From: Lepidodermella squamata
Taxonomy: Eukaryota; Animalia; Gastrotricha
DNA: 64,000 nucleotides
Direction of reading: 5' to 3'
Assembly: GCA_047495785.1 (NCBI GenBank)
Contig: JBLDXI010000026.1
Span: 1,364,001 to 1,428,000, forward strand
In this document: in pieces, positions 13,867 to 25,955 of the stretch
Numbering within the stretch: the first letter of the stretch is position 1
How the letters are laid out: each line of letters opens with the position of its first letter
The notes under the pieces: generated by a model
Seen by the model: only the letters and a program-made list of their open reading frames with translations
Told to the model about the DNA's origin: nothing
Database searches by the model: none
Translations under genes and position numbers: made by a program

Positions 13867-15241
13867 CTAGCCTTGAAGGCCGCGTTCTTTTCGAAAGCGA
13901 GACGTGGTTCTAGCCGGGTTATTAGCGTTAGATTGAGCACTTTCACTCAGCGGAGCAGGGGTGCGTTCAACCACCTTATCAGCAATCGCTGTTGACTGGA
14001 AAATTTGCCTCGGACCTTCTTCCGCCGCCTTGGCCATCGGCTTATTCACCTCAGTAGGCCGCGAATCCGCCGATTTTTTCAAAATCGATTTAGGTTTCGG
14101 GGCTAACATGGTGTAGACATCAGCTGGCGATTGAATTGCATCACTCGATGACGCAACCGGGGCAGGGCTAGGCGATGGCGAATGCTTGAACGCTATCCGA
14201 ATATTTGAGTTTTCCCTCGGTTTCTGGCCCTCGTTCTTGCTACTCGCAGGAGGCTGTGGCTGATCAAGATTCCAAGACACACGTTTATCGAATGAGGCAG
14301 ATCGTTGCAGGGGTTGTTCTAGTTGAGGAATCGCTTCATCGCTATCCTCCGAGGTAACTTCATCATCATCATCGTCGTCCTCATATAATTCATCGTCATC
14401 TTCGTCTCGCATTCGCAGCAATTTCGTAATCGGATCGTCCTCTTTCGACTCATTCGCCTTATCAAGTTCACGTTGCTTACGAAGAGCCTCGCGCTCCCTA
14501 GCAATACTTTCCCGATGTTTAGCTGAAACAAAGAAAAATATTCAAAATTTCACCCGTTGATTAGGAATTCAAGCTCACCTTGCCATTCTTTTTCAGATGC
14601 TTCATCATACGGCTCTGTAATTTCTTTCGAATCGTGACTCATCTATGAGAGATTATTCGAGTTTCAGAAATTTACCAACTTCGAAGTTATTTTACCGTAT
14701 TCAATTCTTTCGCAATATGGATTTTCTCATCCAACTGCTTTTTGTGGCCTCGAAGCGCCGCGATTTGATCATTGATCTCTAAATTATCAAGGCTATCATG
14801 TCTATCCGTGAGAAATAATGTGAAATCTAACCTTTCATGCGTTTAGCTGCGATTCCTCGAGCCTGCGGCGCCGTAACTTTGCTGAAATAATTATCACCCA
14901 AATGCACCATGATTTCATTCGTGTGTTTCAAATGACCGTAAAAGAAACCACATTTGCTACCCATTGGAACCTGGGGAAACCAATTTTACCATCGAGATAC
15001 ATCAAAACCTGAGTAAAACTAACCAAAACTCGAGGGTGGAGGGTTTGCGGTAGAGTTTCAAGTAGCCGATGAATAGACTCGTATTCAGCCCGGAATTTTT
15101 CCCTGATTACAAAATCAGAATAGGAAACCGAAATTATTGATCATCTCAATCACAAATTCAGTTCATAACACACAGTTGCTGGACCTGTCGTTCATTTGAG
15201 GCAATGTCGAACTGACACGATTCGACCAGTCGATCCATCAT
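13867..15241 (-). CDS. URI1: Unconventional prefoldin RPB5 interactor (6 exons)
   Basis: Spliced N-terminus gives the alpha-prefoldin motif VPMGSKCGFFYGHLKHTNEIMVHLGDNYFSKVT; acidic tract; IAFKHS and IQSPADVY..PKSILKK motifs; C-terminal URI box SRFRKER. Confidence 0.88.
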
Positions 15242-15455
15242 CGATCATTCAGAATTCAAAATCTACATGTGTGGAAACACCAAAATCCAAAAGCTTAGCT
15301 TAATTTTCATCGCTCACATAATCCAACGAAAATTAGTTAGATTTTTATCGTCTCTAGTGTTGTTATCATCATCATCACACGTACAACACAGAATCCAGTA
15401 ATATTTCCGTTCAATTATTAAATAAATCAGGCACTGAATCGGTAACAAACACAGT

Positions 15456-17159
15456 CTACCAGCCGTTATTGTGGTTGTTATAATTATTATTATTATTACT
15501 AGGCGCCGACCCACCGAACGGCGAACGGCCGCCGGTGTTCCCGAAGTAAGACCCGGGTTGATGGGGAGGAAACTGGTAGGCCGAGGAACCTGACGAAGAC
15601 GACGACTTAGCGGGCGGGGCGGATTGGTGCATCGATGACGCCCCGGAATCAGAAATTTCAGATGACTGACTCCACTATAAACAACAGACAACAACAATAA
15701 TCCAAAAAGAAAGCAAAAATGTAGGGAAAAAACTTGCAAAACTGAACAAATAATTTCTTTCCGCTTTGTACGCCATACCATAAAAAAATTCGTTAAATAC
15801 CTGACTCATCACTGCGGTTAGAGCTTGAGCTAACAAAGCCGGGTTTAACAGCGGATTCTGAGATGGCTGCGAAGATTGGCCTCCAGATGAAGAGAGGAGA
15901 GGTGGCGGTTGAGGTGGGCGTCGATTGTGCTGCGGAACTGGGGGAGGGCCGCCTTGCATCGGGCCGTTTAATCGCCTGGCTGGCGGCCCAGACATCTGAT
16001 AACGATCTGAAGACCCGCCACGATGTTCAGAGGGTGGATATTTCGAATAACCCGGCGACTCTGGGTAGCCATAGCTATCCGGATAACCGTCCCAGGAGTT
16101 GTCATTTGTATAGCCGTAAGTCATCGGTGAAGATGTGTAGCCTCTTTTAGGCCGAGAAACGCTTCCTACAAGCTCGGCATCGCCGGCGTCAGAATTAGCG
16201 GAACTAGCTGAAATCGCTGAGCTAAATGAAGGCATTACATTTGAAGGCTGTTTTGATTTCGGCGGAGTGGCGTAAGAAATCTGAACACTCTGATCCTCGA
16301 TAATCATATTTCGCCCAACCAATGACCGAGCGATCTCAGGATCTTTGAATGTGACAAAAGCCCACCTGCGAAATGGATGAGGCACAAAAACATCCAGCAC
16401 TTCGCCGTGTTTTGAGAAATAGCTCCTTAGCGTGTCATCGGAGATTTCTTGATTCAAACGACCTATGAAAATGCGACGGTCATAACCGCCGCCCGAGGAG
16501 CGAATTCCACGTGATAAATCCCCGCCATCTCGCATTACTTGGTCCATCAGCTGAGAATTCGGGATTTTCACATCACACCAACGACCGTCGATAATGTGCC
16601 GCAACACTAAGACTTTTTCTTGAACTTCATAGTCTGAAAATCGGATGAAACCAAATCCTCTCGAAGCGCCGTTTCCATCTCGCTTTATATCGCAAAATAC
16701 GACATCTCCGAATTTTTCGAAATATGTTTTCAAGCTTTGATTGTTCATGTGATATGGTATACTTTGCACCAATAAATCCACGCATTTCTTTTCCAACTTT
16801 TTCGGTTTACTTGAAGCAGTTGTGCCTATCTCTTCCTCGGCTTTCCTCTTATGATCTTTAGGAAAGGTGACAATGTAAACATCATCAGCTTTCCACCCGT
16901 TTTCCGGCGGATAAAGGTAATTTTCGGCGAGTTTAATTCCTCGATAACGCCCCGTTTCGGCGTGTTTGAATTTCAGACACGTGGCTCCAGGAAATTGTGC
17001 CTGTAATGTTGAGAGAGGCATAGTTCCACTAGGTTCGACCGGAAGCTCAATCGCATCGCTCTCGTTACCTTCCTCGGACACCAAGATATAAGAGACATGG
17101 CTTGGTGATAAAGACGATGAAGGTTCCGGCTTCGGGGAGTCTTTCGTGTCTTCAGACAT
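15456..17159 (-). CDS. TARDBP: TAR DNA-binding protein 43 homolog (exons 17159-15801, 15674-15456)
   Basis: N-terminal domain (AIELPVE..LSTLQAQFPGATCLKF), basic NLS, two RRMs (RGFGFIRF; PFRRWAFVTF), conserved helix NPALLAQALTAVMSQ|W, low-complexity tail ending ..NNGW*. Confidence 0.95.
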
Positions 17160-17343
17160 AGCGCATATTTTAGTAAATATCCTAAGATTAATTGAATGAG
17201 AAAAACAGAATTTTATTTGAGCTCATGAAAACTCAATGTGACTTCAATTTTGCTTGATATATCCGCATGTAAAAGAAAGAAGTTAAATATATAGGTAGCT
17301 GTTTGCTTCGATAGCTCGTTGAAAGATGCAACGTCAGGTACTA

Positions 17344-18062
17344 TTATGATAACCAAAGCTTCAATCGAAATGCATCATGGCCGTTTAGGTAGTATCGAAA
17401 CAATCTCCGATCAGCCACGAATCCGAGTCGCTCGTAAAGCGCCAGAGCAACTTTATTGGTGACCTCTGTTTCAAGTACGACTTCGTCGCACCCATAGTCA
17501 GCCTGAATAGTTAAATAATGCCAATAAAAATTCAATTGACAGATGAATGAACAAGAAATACCATGGCGCCGACAGCCCGTTCGACCAATGCGGAGCCAAT
17601 TCCTTTGCGACGGTATCCATCTTCAACAGCAAGCATGGCAATATATCCGCGACTTCTACCCCTATGGTCATCAAGCTTGCAAACTATGGTGCCGATAAGC
17701 TCATCCGATTCAGAAAATGCGAGAAAGCATAAACTTGGCCAATTGTTTAGGAAGTAGCGATAGGTGTACACTGAATAGGGCTCAGATAAGTCTTTGGTGA
17801 TCAATCGCATTATACCAGGAAGCTGGTTTTCTGACTGGTAGCTTTCGAATCGTAGAGGGGGCAGTGTGCTAGCTTCTGAAGCTGGATTCGCAGTGATCGA
17901 TGATTCGGCAGCTACGGTTCCATCCGAAGCCGCAGAAAGTTGTTGGATAAGTTTGTCTACAACTTCGGCTCTTCCATTACGATCAGAATGCTGCGAATGG
18001 GAGTGAGAATGTCCATGGCCATGGCCGCAGCAATCGCTCGATGGATTAGTTAAATTGGACAT
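17344..18062 (-). CDS. NAA30: N-alpha-acetyltransferase 30 (NatC catalytic subunit, MAK3); intron 17561-17503
   Basis: [76 protein letters not shown]. Confidence 0.96.
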
Positions 18063-19036
18063 TCAACTATACCTAAATTCTAAAAAAACATGGTACTTAT
18101 TTAGCGAAAAAAAACATTTATGGGAACTATCATACTAGGAATAATAGCCTTTAATGAATAATATATGATGGGATGAGTTCAGAACTCAATCTGACTCGAA
18201 ACAGGCCGTTCATCAATAGATTATTGCGTTCCCAGTCAGTATTAGACCTACGTATATTCCAAACTTATTCAAATATCTGCAGAAAATAGTTAAGGCTAAG
18301 ATTTAGTCCAGTCCACTTCACGAGAAAGTTGCCAACAAGAACAATGTACAATAGAAAGGGGTAGAGCTTGGGATTTGAAACCGCTTTTACTAACTGGGAA
18401 TTAAACTGTCTACCCACGGAATCACAGCAGTTACTGAAAATTGTGTGCAGATGAAAACAATAACAAACTGCATTTATAATGGGACAAAGATGAACGACTG
18501 CAATAGCCTTGTGATCAGAGTATTGAAAGCGGAAAGCGCAAAAAACAGTGAACATTCAACATGCTTGGATACTGAACTAGGCAAGGTTGCATATCCGCGG
18601 AAAATGAGACAAGATCAAAGGGAAAAGGGCAGCCGCCGATCTCAGGTCAAGAGCCAAGCAAGATCACGAGCCAAAATGCCGCCCGATCTGTCTTCCGAAA
18701 ATTCATGCGGCTAATAATAATAAAATATTTTACCATGTCATGGAAAACAACTCAGTGACTACTTACACTATTAAAAATGTATGTTCGAAAAAAGCTGAAA
18801 TAAATGCGGTCCACAATTGAGTTGTGACTGTTTGAAGCAAGCCCAGAAAAGCATGCTTTCCTGCGGATGCTTTTGCGGAAGGCTTCCTGGGTTCTACTGT
18901 CAGATAGATGCTTTGAAAGAAGTCAGATGTTTGGTGCTTCAATTATTTTTATCGAATATCTGGTATACGGGCAACGTTCAAGGTCCACTAACTTTTCAGG
19001 TGAGCTACTCAATTGAGACTGAGTTGGATGACGAAT

Positions 19037-19100
19037 GCCATGATGACATTTAAGATGTGATGCTTTTCGCAAAATGATACTTGTCTAAGAAGCACTGAGC
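19037..19100 (+). ncRNA. SNORD61: Box C/D snoRNA, SNORD61/U61-like (copy a)
   Basis: Box C ATGATGA at 19040, box D CTGA at 19095, GC..GC terminal pairs; guide TCTAAGAAG complementary to 18S CTTCTTAGA. The D+5 rule points to the human U1442 equivalent. Lies in intron 19000-19173, 75 nt upstream of the AG. Confidence 0.8.
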
Positions 19101-19312
19101 TTGTTACATTTTCCTTGATAATACTCGGAGTTTAACCTATGGAATTAACTGTAGAACTTTCCATATTTTTCAGGAGCTCTAAATGATTTGTCAGTCCTCT
19201 ATTCGAAACCTTCACGTTGAAGTGTCGCGATAATTTGTATGCTTCACTGGAATTCACAGATCACAGAGGTGAGTATTTGATATGATCAATTATCCGTGTA
19301 TTATTAGACGAC

Positions 19313-19390
19313 TCGAATGATGATATTTTGATTGAAGATTTGCGGTGTTAACTCACTGTAATGATTAGTTATCTAAGAAGCTCTGACTTC
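19313..19390 (+). ncRNA. SNORD61: Box C/D snoRNA, SNORD61/U61-like (copy b)
   Basis: Box C ATGATGA at 19317 followed by TATTTTGATTG, internal AATGAT (C'-like), guide TCTAAGAAG, box D CTGA at 19383. Lies in intron 19269-19454, 68 nt upstream of the AG. Confidence 0.82.
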
Positions 19391-19678
19391 AACCTCATTA
19401 TCAAGGAAGCCAATCCTGCGAAATCATATTAAACTTGGTTATGTTTCTTTTCAGATTGCTTCGTATTCTCTGGTCTTTGGTGGGTGCATTTCACACCTCG
19501 AGCGAACTTTCTAACGCTAACCTCTCAGCTGAAAGTTATTTGCACTATCGAATTGTGGACGTTTCAACTGTCAAAGAGCTGGTTCGTTGATGGTACCCAG
19601 ACGTGGCGAAAGATCTTCCCCCGAAAGAGGGCACTCATCGGTAAGTGCGTTCCCAACATGGCTCCCATACGAAATGAC

Positions 19679-19839
19679 TTCCGGGTTAACGTAGTTCTTA
19701 TCAGTTTTAAAACCGTTTTCTACGGGCACCTGATTGAACTTATGCTGCTCGGATAAATAAATTCGCATATAAAACCTTGAATAGAATCTGACCAGCTAAA
19801 AGCTTGTGTCAAATTTTCCAGCTTTCGATGCTAACATGT
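19679..19839 (+). ncRNA. Candidate box H/ACA snoRNA
   Basis: Hairpin 1 (TCCGGG..CTCGGA with internal TCAG/CTGA and GTTC/GAAC pairs), H box AAATAA at 19755, hairpin 2 (GCAT..ATGC, TGAC/GTCA, AGCT/AGCT), ACA at 19834. Sits in an unusually long intron (19641-19855) of the same host. Confidence 0.55.
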
Positions 19840-20007
19840 ATTATTTTTATTGCAGGGAAGAACTGCATCAGCCTTGGCTATAATCGCACTCTGGATTTAG
19901 TGTCCTAGATGCGAGATTACATTGGATCCTTTTCATTTATTTCTAGGTTGTTAAGTGTGTATAGCGTGGCAATTCTATTCTTGGTCAAACACGAAGAATA
20001 GTTTGCT

Positions 20008-23000
20008 ATGGGTTCTTTTACTCATTCTTATGAACTCGCATGTTTTGCTGTAATATTTGGTCTCGCGGCGGTGCGGATCTCGAATGCTCAAACGGTTATT
20101 GCGTGTGGAGGCTTCGTTAAAGGTCCCGAGAGTCTGGATTTCTCTCGGGTTGAAGTTCGCCTCTTCACCGTTGACGGAATATTGAAATATCAATCGTTTT
20201 GCGCCCCGCACAACGGATATTTCACGGTTCCAGTTTACAATAACGGTGATTATATACTCAAACTGCTTCCTCCAACCGGCTGGACGTTCCGCCCTAATCA
20301 AGTAGCGTTAAAAATTGACGGAAAAACTGATCAATGCTCAAAGCAAGAAGATATCAATTTCTCATTCGCTGGTTTTCAAATTAATGGAGCTGTTCAAAGC
20401 CTGGGTAGCGATGTTGGGCCCGAAGGATTAAGATTGGAGCTCCATGGCGAAAATCCGTCGGAAGTCAAAGTCACATCAACCGCTGCAAATGGAGCGTAAG
20501 TCGCATTTCGATTCACAATTTCAAAGCGTATTTCAAGACGATTTTTTTAGATATTCATTTGATGGTGTTAACCCTGGGAAGTACACCCTAAAAGCCATTC
20601 ATTTAACGTGGCGTTTTAAACAAAACAACATTCCAATCGTCGTCACGAAAGAGAGCGTCACCGCTCCTGTCATCCAGATAACTGGATACGATGTAACTGG
20701 TACTGTCATGAGTGATAACAATCCAGTAGCCGGAGTTCAATTGACATTGTTTGCTCCTGGTTCAAACAACGCTGTAAGCAACGTAGATCAGAAGTCAAGC
20801 TTATCATTCATTTTTTCATCTATTTCAGGTTATAGCTGAATGTAAAAATGACCTTACTAAAATTTCTGCGATTGCGGGATATCAACCGATTTGCAGTGTG
20901 ATTAGTGATTTATCTGGTGTATTCTCATTTCCTCCGGTGCCACCTGGTAATTATAAACTGGTAAGTTATTCAAACGCTGCGTTTTTCATTCAATTTTTTT
21001 TCTCGACTTTAGGTACCTTGGTATCAAAATGGTCGCACCAAGTTCAGTGTTTTACCTACTAGTGTCGATGTTACTGTTCTGAAGTCATCGGTACTGATCA
21101 AGGAGCCATTTGTTGTATCCGGGTTCTCAGTCTCCGGACGGGTTTTGTTTGCATCAGGAACCGCGGCAAAGGACGTCGCCGTTTACGTTAACGATAAACC
21201 CGTCTCAAAAACCGGAGATGACGGGATTTACGTTATCGAGGAGATGAAGTCTGGGGCTATCAAAGTTAGATTCTCGGCTGAGCACGCGGAATTTCCATCC
21301 TTAGATGCTAACGTGCTGCCAGAAAGCGCGGTGCTGAAAGATATTCAAGCTTCAAAATTAGCTGCCTGTGGCCAAGTTCAGGGTGATTCTGGTTCGGAGA
21401 CGGTTGAATTATCGGCTAAAAACGTTAAAAATAATGCGATTGTCAAGGTTTCCGTCTCTCCGAAGAAGTCTCGTTCATTCTGCTTCATGCTAGAGCCATC
21501 GGATTACATCCTTAGTGTCGAAAGCCCAGCGTCGATTTTCCGACCTCGCCATTTGAACGTGGCTCTAAAATCTGGTCCCCAGTTCGGATTAACTTTCGAG
21601 GCATTCGTTGCCTCAGCATCCGGTCGTGTTCAATGCCTAGAAAAAGATTGCACTGGAATTTTACTGACGCTGTATCAGCAAGGTGAAAAATCTGCAACTG
21701 CTGAATTGAAAACTTCGAAAACCGGCGATTTCATCTTCAAAAACTTGCACCCGGGTAACTATTTGCTCAAAGCTTCGAAGGCGCCTTTCTGCTTTGGGCC
21801 CTCTGAGGGTCTCACATTTTCTATCGAGGACAAGGACGTGACGAATTTACTGATATCTCATACTGGTTACGGGGTCAAAGTGGCTTCAGAACATCCTATT
21901 CGCCTTGCCTTTAAGCTGAACGGAAAGCCAGAGATTAATACTGCAGTTGAAATTCGCCCGCCTCGTTCCACTTCGACAACTGTTTGCTTACCTCAACCAG
22001 GTCGGTATCAGGTGGTTCATGAAAGATTCCTCGATCGTCAGAAGGACTGGACTTGCCATTACTTCGGAAATTCCTACCCTACCGAAGTGGACACTAGCAA
22101 CTTGCCGCGTGAAATCAACCCAGTTGCGCTGTTGCATCTAGTCACTGTTGATATTTTATCGACCACTGAAGTTTCACTGGATGAATTGTATGTAGGAATC
22201 CGGTATATCGAAAACACGACGCTTCATAACCAAATGCTAGGAAAAACTGAACAAGAAGAAGATTACGGAGCTTGGCTTGAAGACGATATTACGGCTCACA
22301 ATAAGGAAAAAAGCAAGCGCCAGCCCATCACCACGCCAGTTAAACGACGCGATCGCCTATATTTTGGTGAGGATCAAGTGAAAAAGAACGCGAACAACTC
22401 ATTTTCCTATGGCAGCGCTATTTATTGGTACGCTACTCAGATCGCACTGGAACCAAAGCATCCCAAGTTGATTTTCAAGCCGAAGTTGATCGAATTTGAC
22501 CTAGAAGGCGATGACACGGAGTGCCCGGCTTTCGCTGCTTTCTTCAACGGCGTCGAGGCTCATATTTTAAAGGGTTATGTAACCCCTCCAACAGCTGGTG
22601 TTCGTGTCACTTTGACCAATAAGAAGAATGCAGAAGAAGTTCACGTTGTTTGGACAGAACAAGACGGTTCTTACAGCTTGGGACCTCTCGACCCCGGAGA
22701 AACGTTCGATGCCGATGCTGCGATCGAGGGTTGGGAAATTCAACCTGTTACTGGTCAACCAGGAAATTTCACCGCGAAACGACTTGGCTCGATGGATGTC
22801 ACAGTTGCTGATGATGTAAGTTGAATATTCCTTATTGAAACTGTTTGAATTGAATTCTACGAATGTTTAGGCTGGAAAGGCTCTCTCGGGGGCTCTAATC
22901 TCGATTTCGGGACCCGGACATTTCCGCAAGAATTTGGTTACGACTGAGGATGGAACAATTCATCTCGGATCTCTTGCTGGTGGTCAATATTATGCTCAAG

Positions 23001-24208
23001 CGTTCCGAAAGGAGTATGCCTTCGAACCGAAGAATTTGCTAGTACCCCTGAATTCAGGCGAAGCCGCTACTATCAAGTTCACCGGAAAGCGAGTCGCTTA
23101 TAGCTGTTATGGTAGCGTGGTCTCGTTGAATGATGAGCCAGAGCAGAATGTTTTCGTCGTCGCTCGATCAACTGATTGCGAAAATGCCCCAGGTGAAGAA
23201 GCTGAGACCGACGCAAATGGTAATTTCCGAATCCTCGGTCTTTTCCCGAAGTGCACTTACGCAATTACCTTGCGACCGATTCCTCAACTCGAGCGCACCG
23301 TCCCAACCCGCGCTATTGTTCGCATTGAGGACAAGGATGTCCAATACGGCAAAATTTGGGCGGTTCGTTCGCCTCCTCAACAGCTGCAAATTACTGCTCG
23401 CCTTGAAGGTCCTGCTGAATACCTCCATATGCTGCAAGTATCTCTGCTGAATTCGTCTAGTGGCTCAAGTGTAAGCAGTGTCTCGCCAGCTGCGCTCGTT
23501 TTAGCGTTCCCGGCTCTCCCTGCTCCTCAGCCCGGCGCTGCTTACTCCGTTAAAATCGAGCCTCTGGCTTCTTTCACATCGAATGGACTAGTTTTGATTA
23601 CTCAGGCTATCCCATTGAATCTGGTGAGTTTCTGATAGCTGTTTAGTTAGCGTTCTTATCAATATTTTATATTTCAGGACGAGTCTGGTTTTATCCATGT
23701 TGTTATCAGATTTGACGTCAAACGTAAATCGGATATGCCTGACAGTGGCTCGCCAATCGCTGCGCTTGTCTACGGACGGTCCATCGGATCATTGATATTC
23801 GCGTTGTTCATTTTCACAGCTATCGGTAGCGTCTATTTCTACGCCAGCGCTGATAAGAATACGCGTCAGTCGATCAACGAGGGCGCACGTTCGTTTTTCG
23901 CCAACCCTGGGGCGTTTGTCAAAGCGCAGTTAAGTAAACCGAGAAGTGAATCACCCGTTCCGAAACCTGAGAAACTTGAGAAGCCATCTGGTCGTCAAGC
24001 TAGCTTTAAGCAACACATTCCGGCTCAACAGGTTCCGCAAAGTGAAAAATTTGAGAAGTTGAGTGAAGAGAAGACCGCGCCTACCACTCGCAGATCTTCT
24101 ACGCCAACGTCAGATTCATCTGAGGAGTCATCGAGCCCATCGCCACCTTCTTCTGACAACGCCCCGGATCAAGCCCGGAAGAGGCCAGTTCGGTCTCGTC
24201 TCCAATGA
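20008..24208 (+). CDS. NOMO: Nodal modulator / BOS complex subunit NOMO (7 exons)
   Basis: Signal peptide, then CGGFVK..LDFSRVEVRLFTVDGILKYQSFCAPHNGYF.VPVY..GDYILKL.PPTGWTF.P; repeated Ig/prealbumin-like domains; single TM near 23780; basic cytosolic tail. Confidence 0.95.
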
Positions 24209-25635
24209 TGCCACAGCTAAGAGACTGTGAATTATCATTCCGAAATATAACTTGGTCGTAACGTTATTCAAACTGATTATATGATGTCTATCGAACTTTA
24301 CGTGAATTATTTGCTCTATGCCGTTGATTTGTTTCTACGTTTATTCTTCGTGTTAGTTGATGTGAAGAGTGGTCTTTCATTGCGAATGCCGTTCCTGCAT
24401 TATTTGGTTTGATTCAAGCCGTCTAGCTATTGTAGACTCAATGGTATAGTGCATAATTACTTTAACCGGCAATAAACGATCGTTCTTGTCAGTCAAAAGC
24501 TTTTTTCTCCAAGTTAACCAAGTTAACCAGGCAAAAAAGTTGTTGCCTGAATTTTTGATAATTATACAACTTCACGTCGAGGTTCTAGGACTTTAGAGAA
24601 AGAGAGTAAAGAGCAAAGACATTGGATCATCGCAAGGAGAACAGAGCGTCATGACATCGGGGGATAAATCTGAAAGCCGCCAAATGATTCTCGACCCAAA
24701 GAAGCCTGAATTACTGTTTCACCACACCGCTATTCACTTGACAATACACATTTTAAGGAGAAATTATTTATTCGGGGGAAATGAATAGCTTTATCCACTG
24801 AACGAAAAGTGACATTCATGTTTCGCTTAGTTCAATAGCGCTACGATTCGACTTCTTGTCTGCAGACTACGCTTTCACATTGGACGTTGCTAAGAAATGT
24901 TCAGCGCCTAACTATAAATATAACTACGATTTTCAAGAATTCATATTGGATGGAGCGATATAGCCTTTAACGATATCAGAAAATAATCATGGATCGGCTC
25001 ACACTTGTCGGATGCCTTGCCACCAAATACTATTATGCTTTTAGACCACACGTGAGCTACGTATGCTATCATCGTCTTCATACATTTTCATCCTCTGTGT
25101 AATTAAAGCAAGGATTTCCGCACAAAGTGTTCCACTTCATGCTAAAGAAGGCCGTAACGTTCAAGAACTTCACGGAATATCCAACCGTGATTCGTCTCTG
25201 TCTGTGAGTCAAATTTTGGACCAAATTGGTATTGTCAGCATAACCCCATCAGCATACATTAGCATACGTTGATGTCAGATTATCATTCATGCGAGCGTCG
25301 TTTGTGACCATACTGAAGTAAAAGTGTGATCTAGGATCAACATTAGGTAGTATTTCGTGGATTTCGTAGTCACATTAGGCTTGACCTTCTATCTCATGAA
25401 AGGAGTCTGAATCCTCAAACATCAGAGTCATTTCGAAATCACAATTCACTCCTGCCCTGATGTGTTCACACCAAAGTAGCAAAAAATTCGAAAGCGTCGA
25501 CCCAAGGACACGATCACGAATTGACTGCCGAACGCGCGGTTTCTAACGACGCGCTTTAAAACCATGACACCTATTAAAATATAAATGTGTTTAAATTCTA
25601 TTTATTGTTACAGTAATTTATTTTTATTATTTAAT

Positions 25636-25649
25636 ATTGCTATGACAAC
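25636..25649 (+). promoter_or_regulatory. RFX X-box upstream of ciliary gene SPEF2
   Basis: ATTGCTATGACAAC fits RTHNYY-WT-RRNRAC, about 310 bp upstream of the SPEF2 ATG. Confidence 0.6.
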
Positions 25650-25955
25650 GACGCCGGATTGTCGACCACGGAGTAGCGAAAACGGCTAAAGCAAGCGCGC
25701 AAGACATATCTAGTCCCTGGACGCTAGCCGTTGCTCCAGTTTGTGTAGTTGTTACATGTTTCAGAAGATCCAAACTTCCAATCCAAGAGCTGCTGGGTGA
25801 CAATAATGAGCTGCGCATATTCATCAAGCCTAGTTGCAGAACATGATAGGAATGCAGCCGAATTGTGTCAGATTCTCTCATCTTTTGCTTCTTTTCTTTG
25901 GTGTTGCAGAAGAACAATTTTCTCGCAATTAGGTTTTTAAGATACTAATCGCACG

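Noticed and set aside
15675-17159. 494-aa single-exon TDP-43 as given by the ORF track
   Set aside because: It reads through a GT-AG intron; the spliced form restores the conserved W and terminal GW and is taken as the main isoform.
19691-19710. GTTCTTATCAGTTT matches an internal stretch of U2 snRNA
   Set aside because: Only ~14 nt, with no U2 5' end or Sm site; better explained as part of hairpin 1 of the H/ACA candidate.
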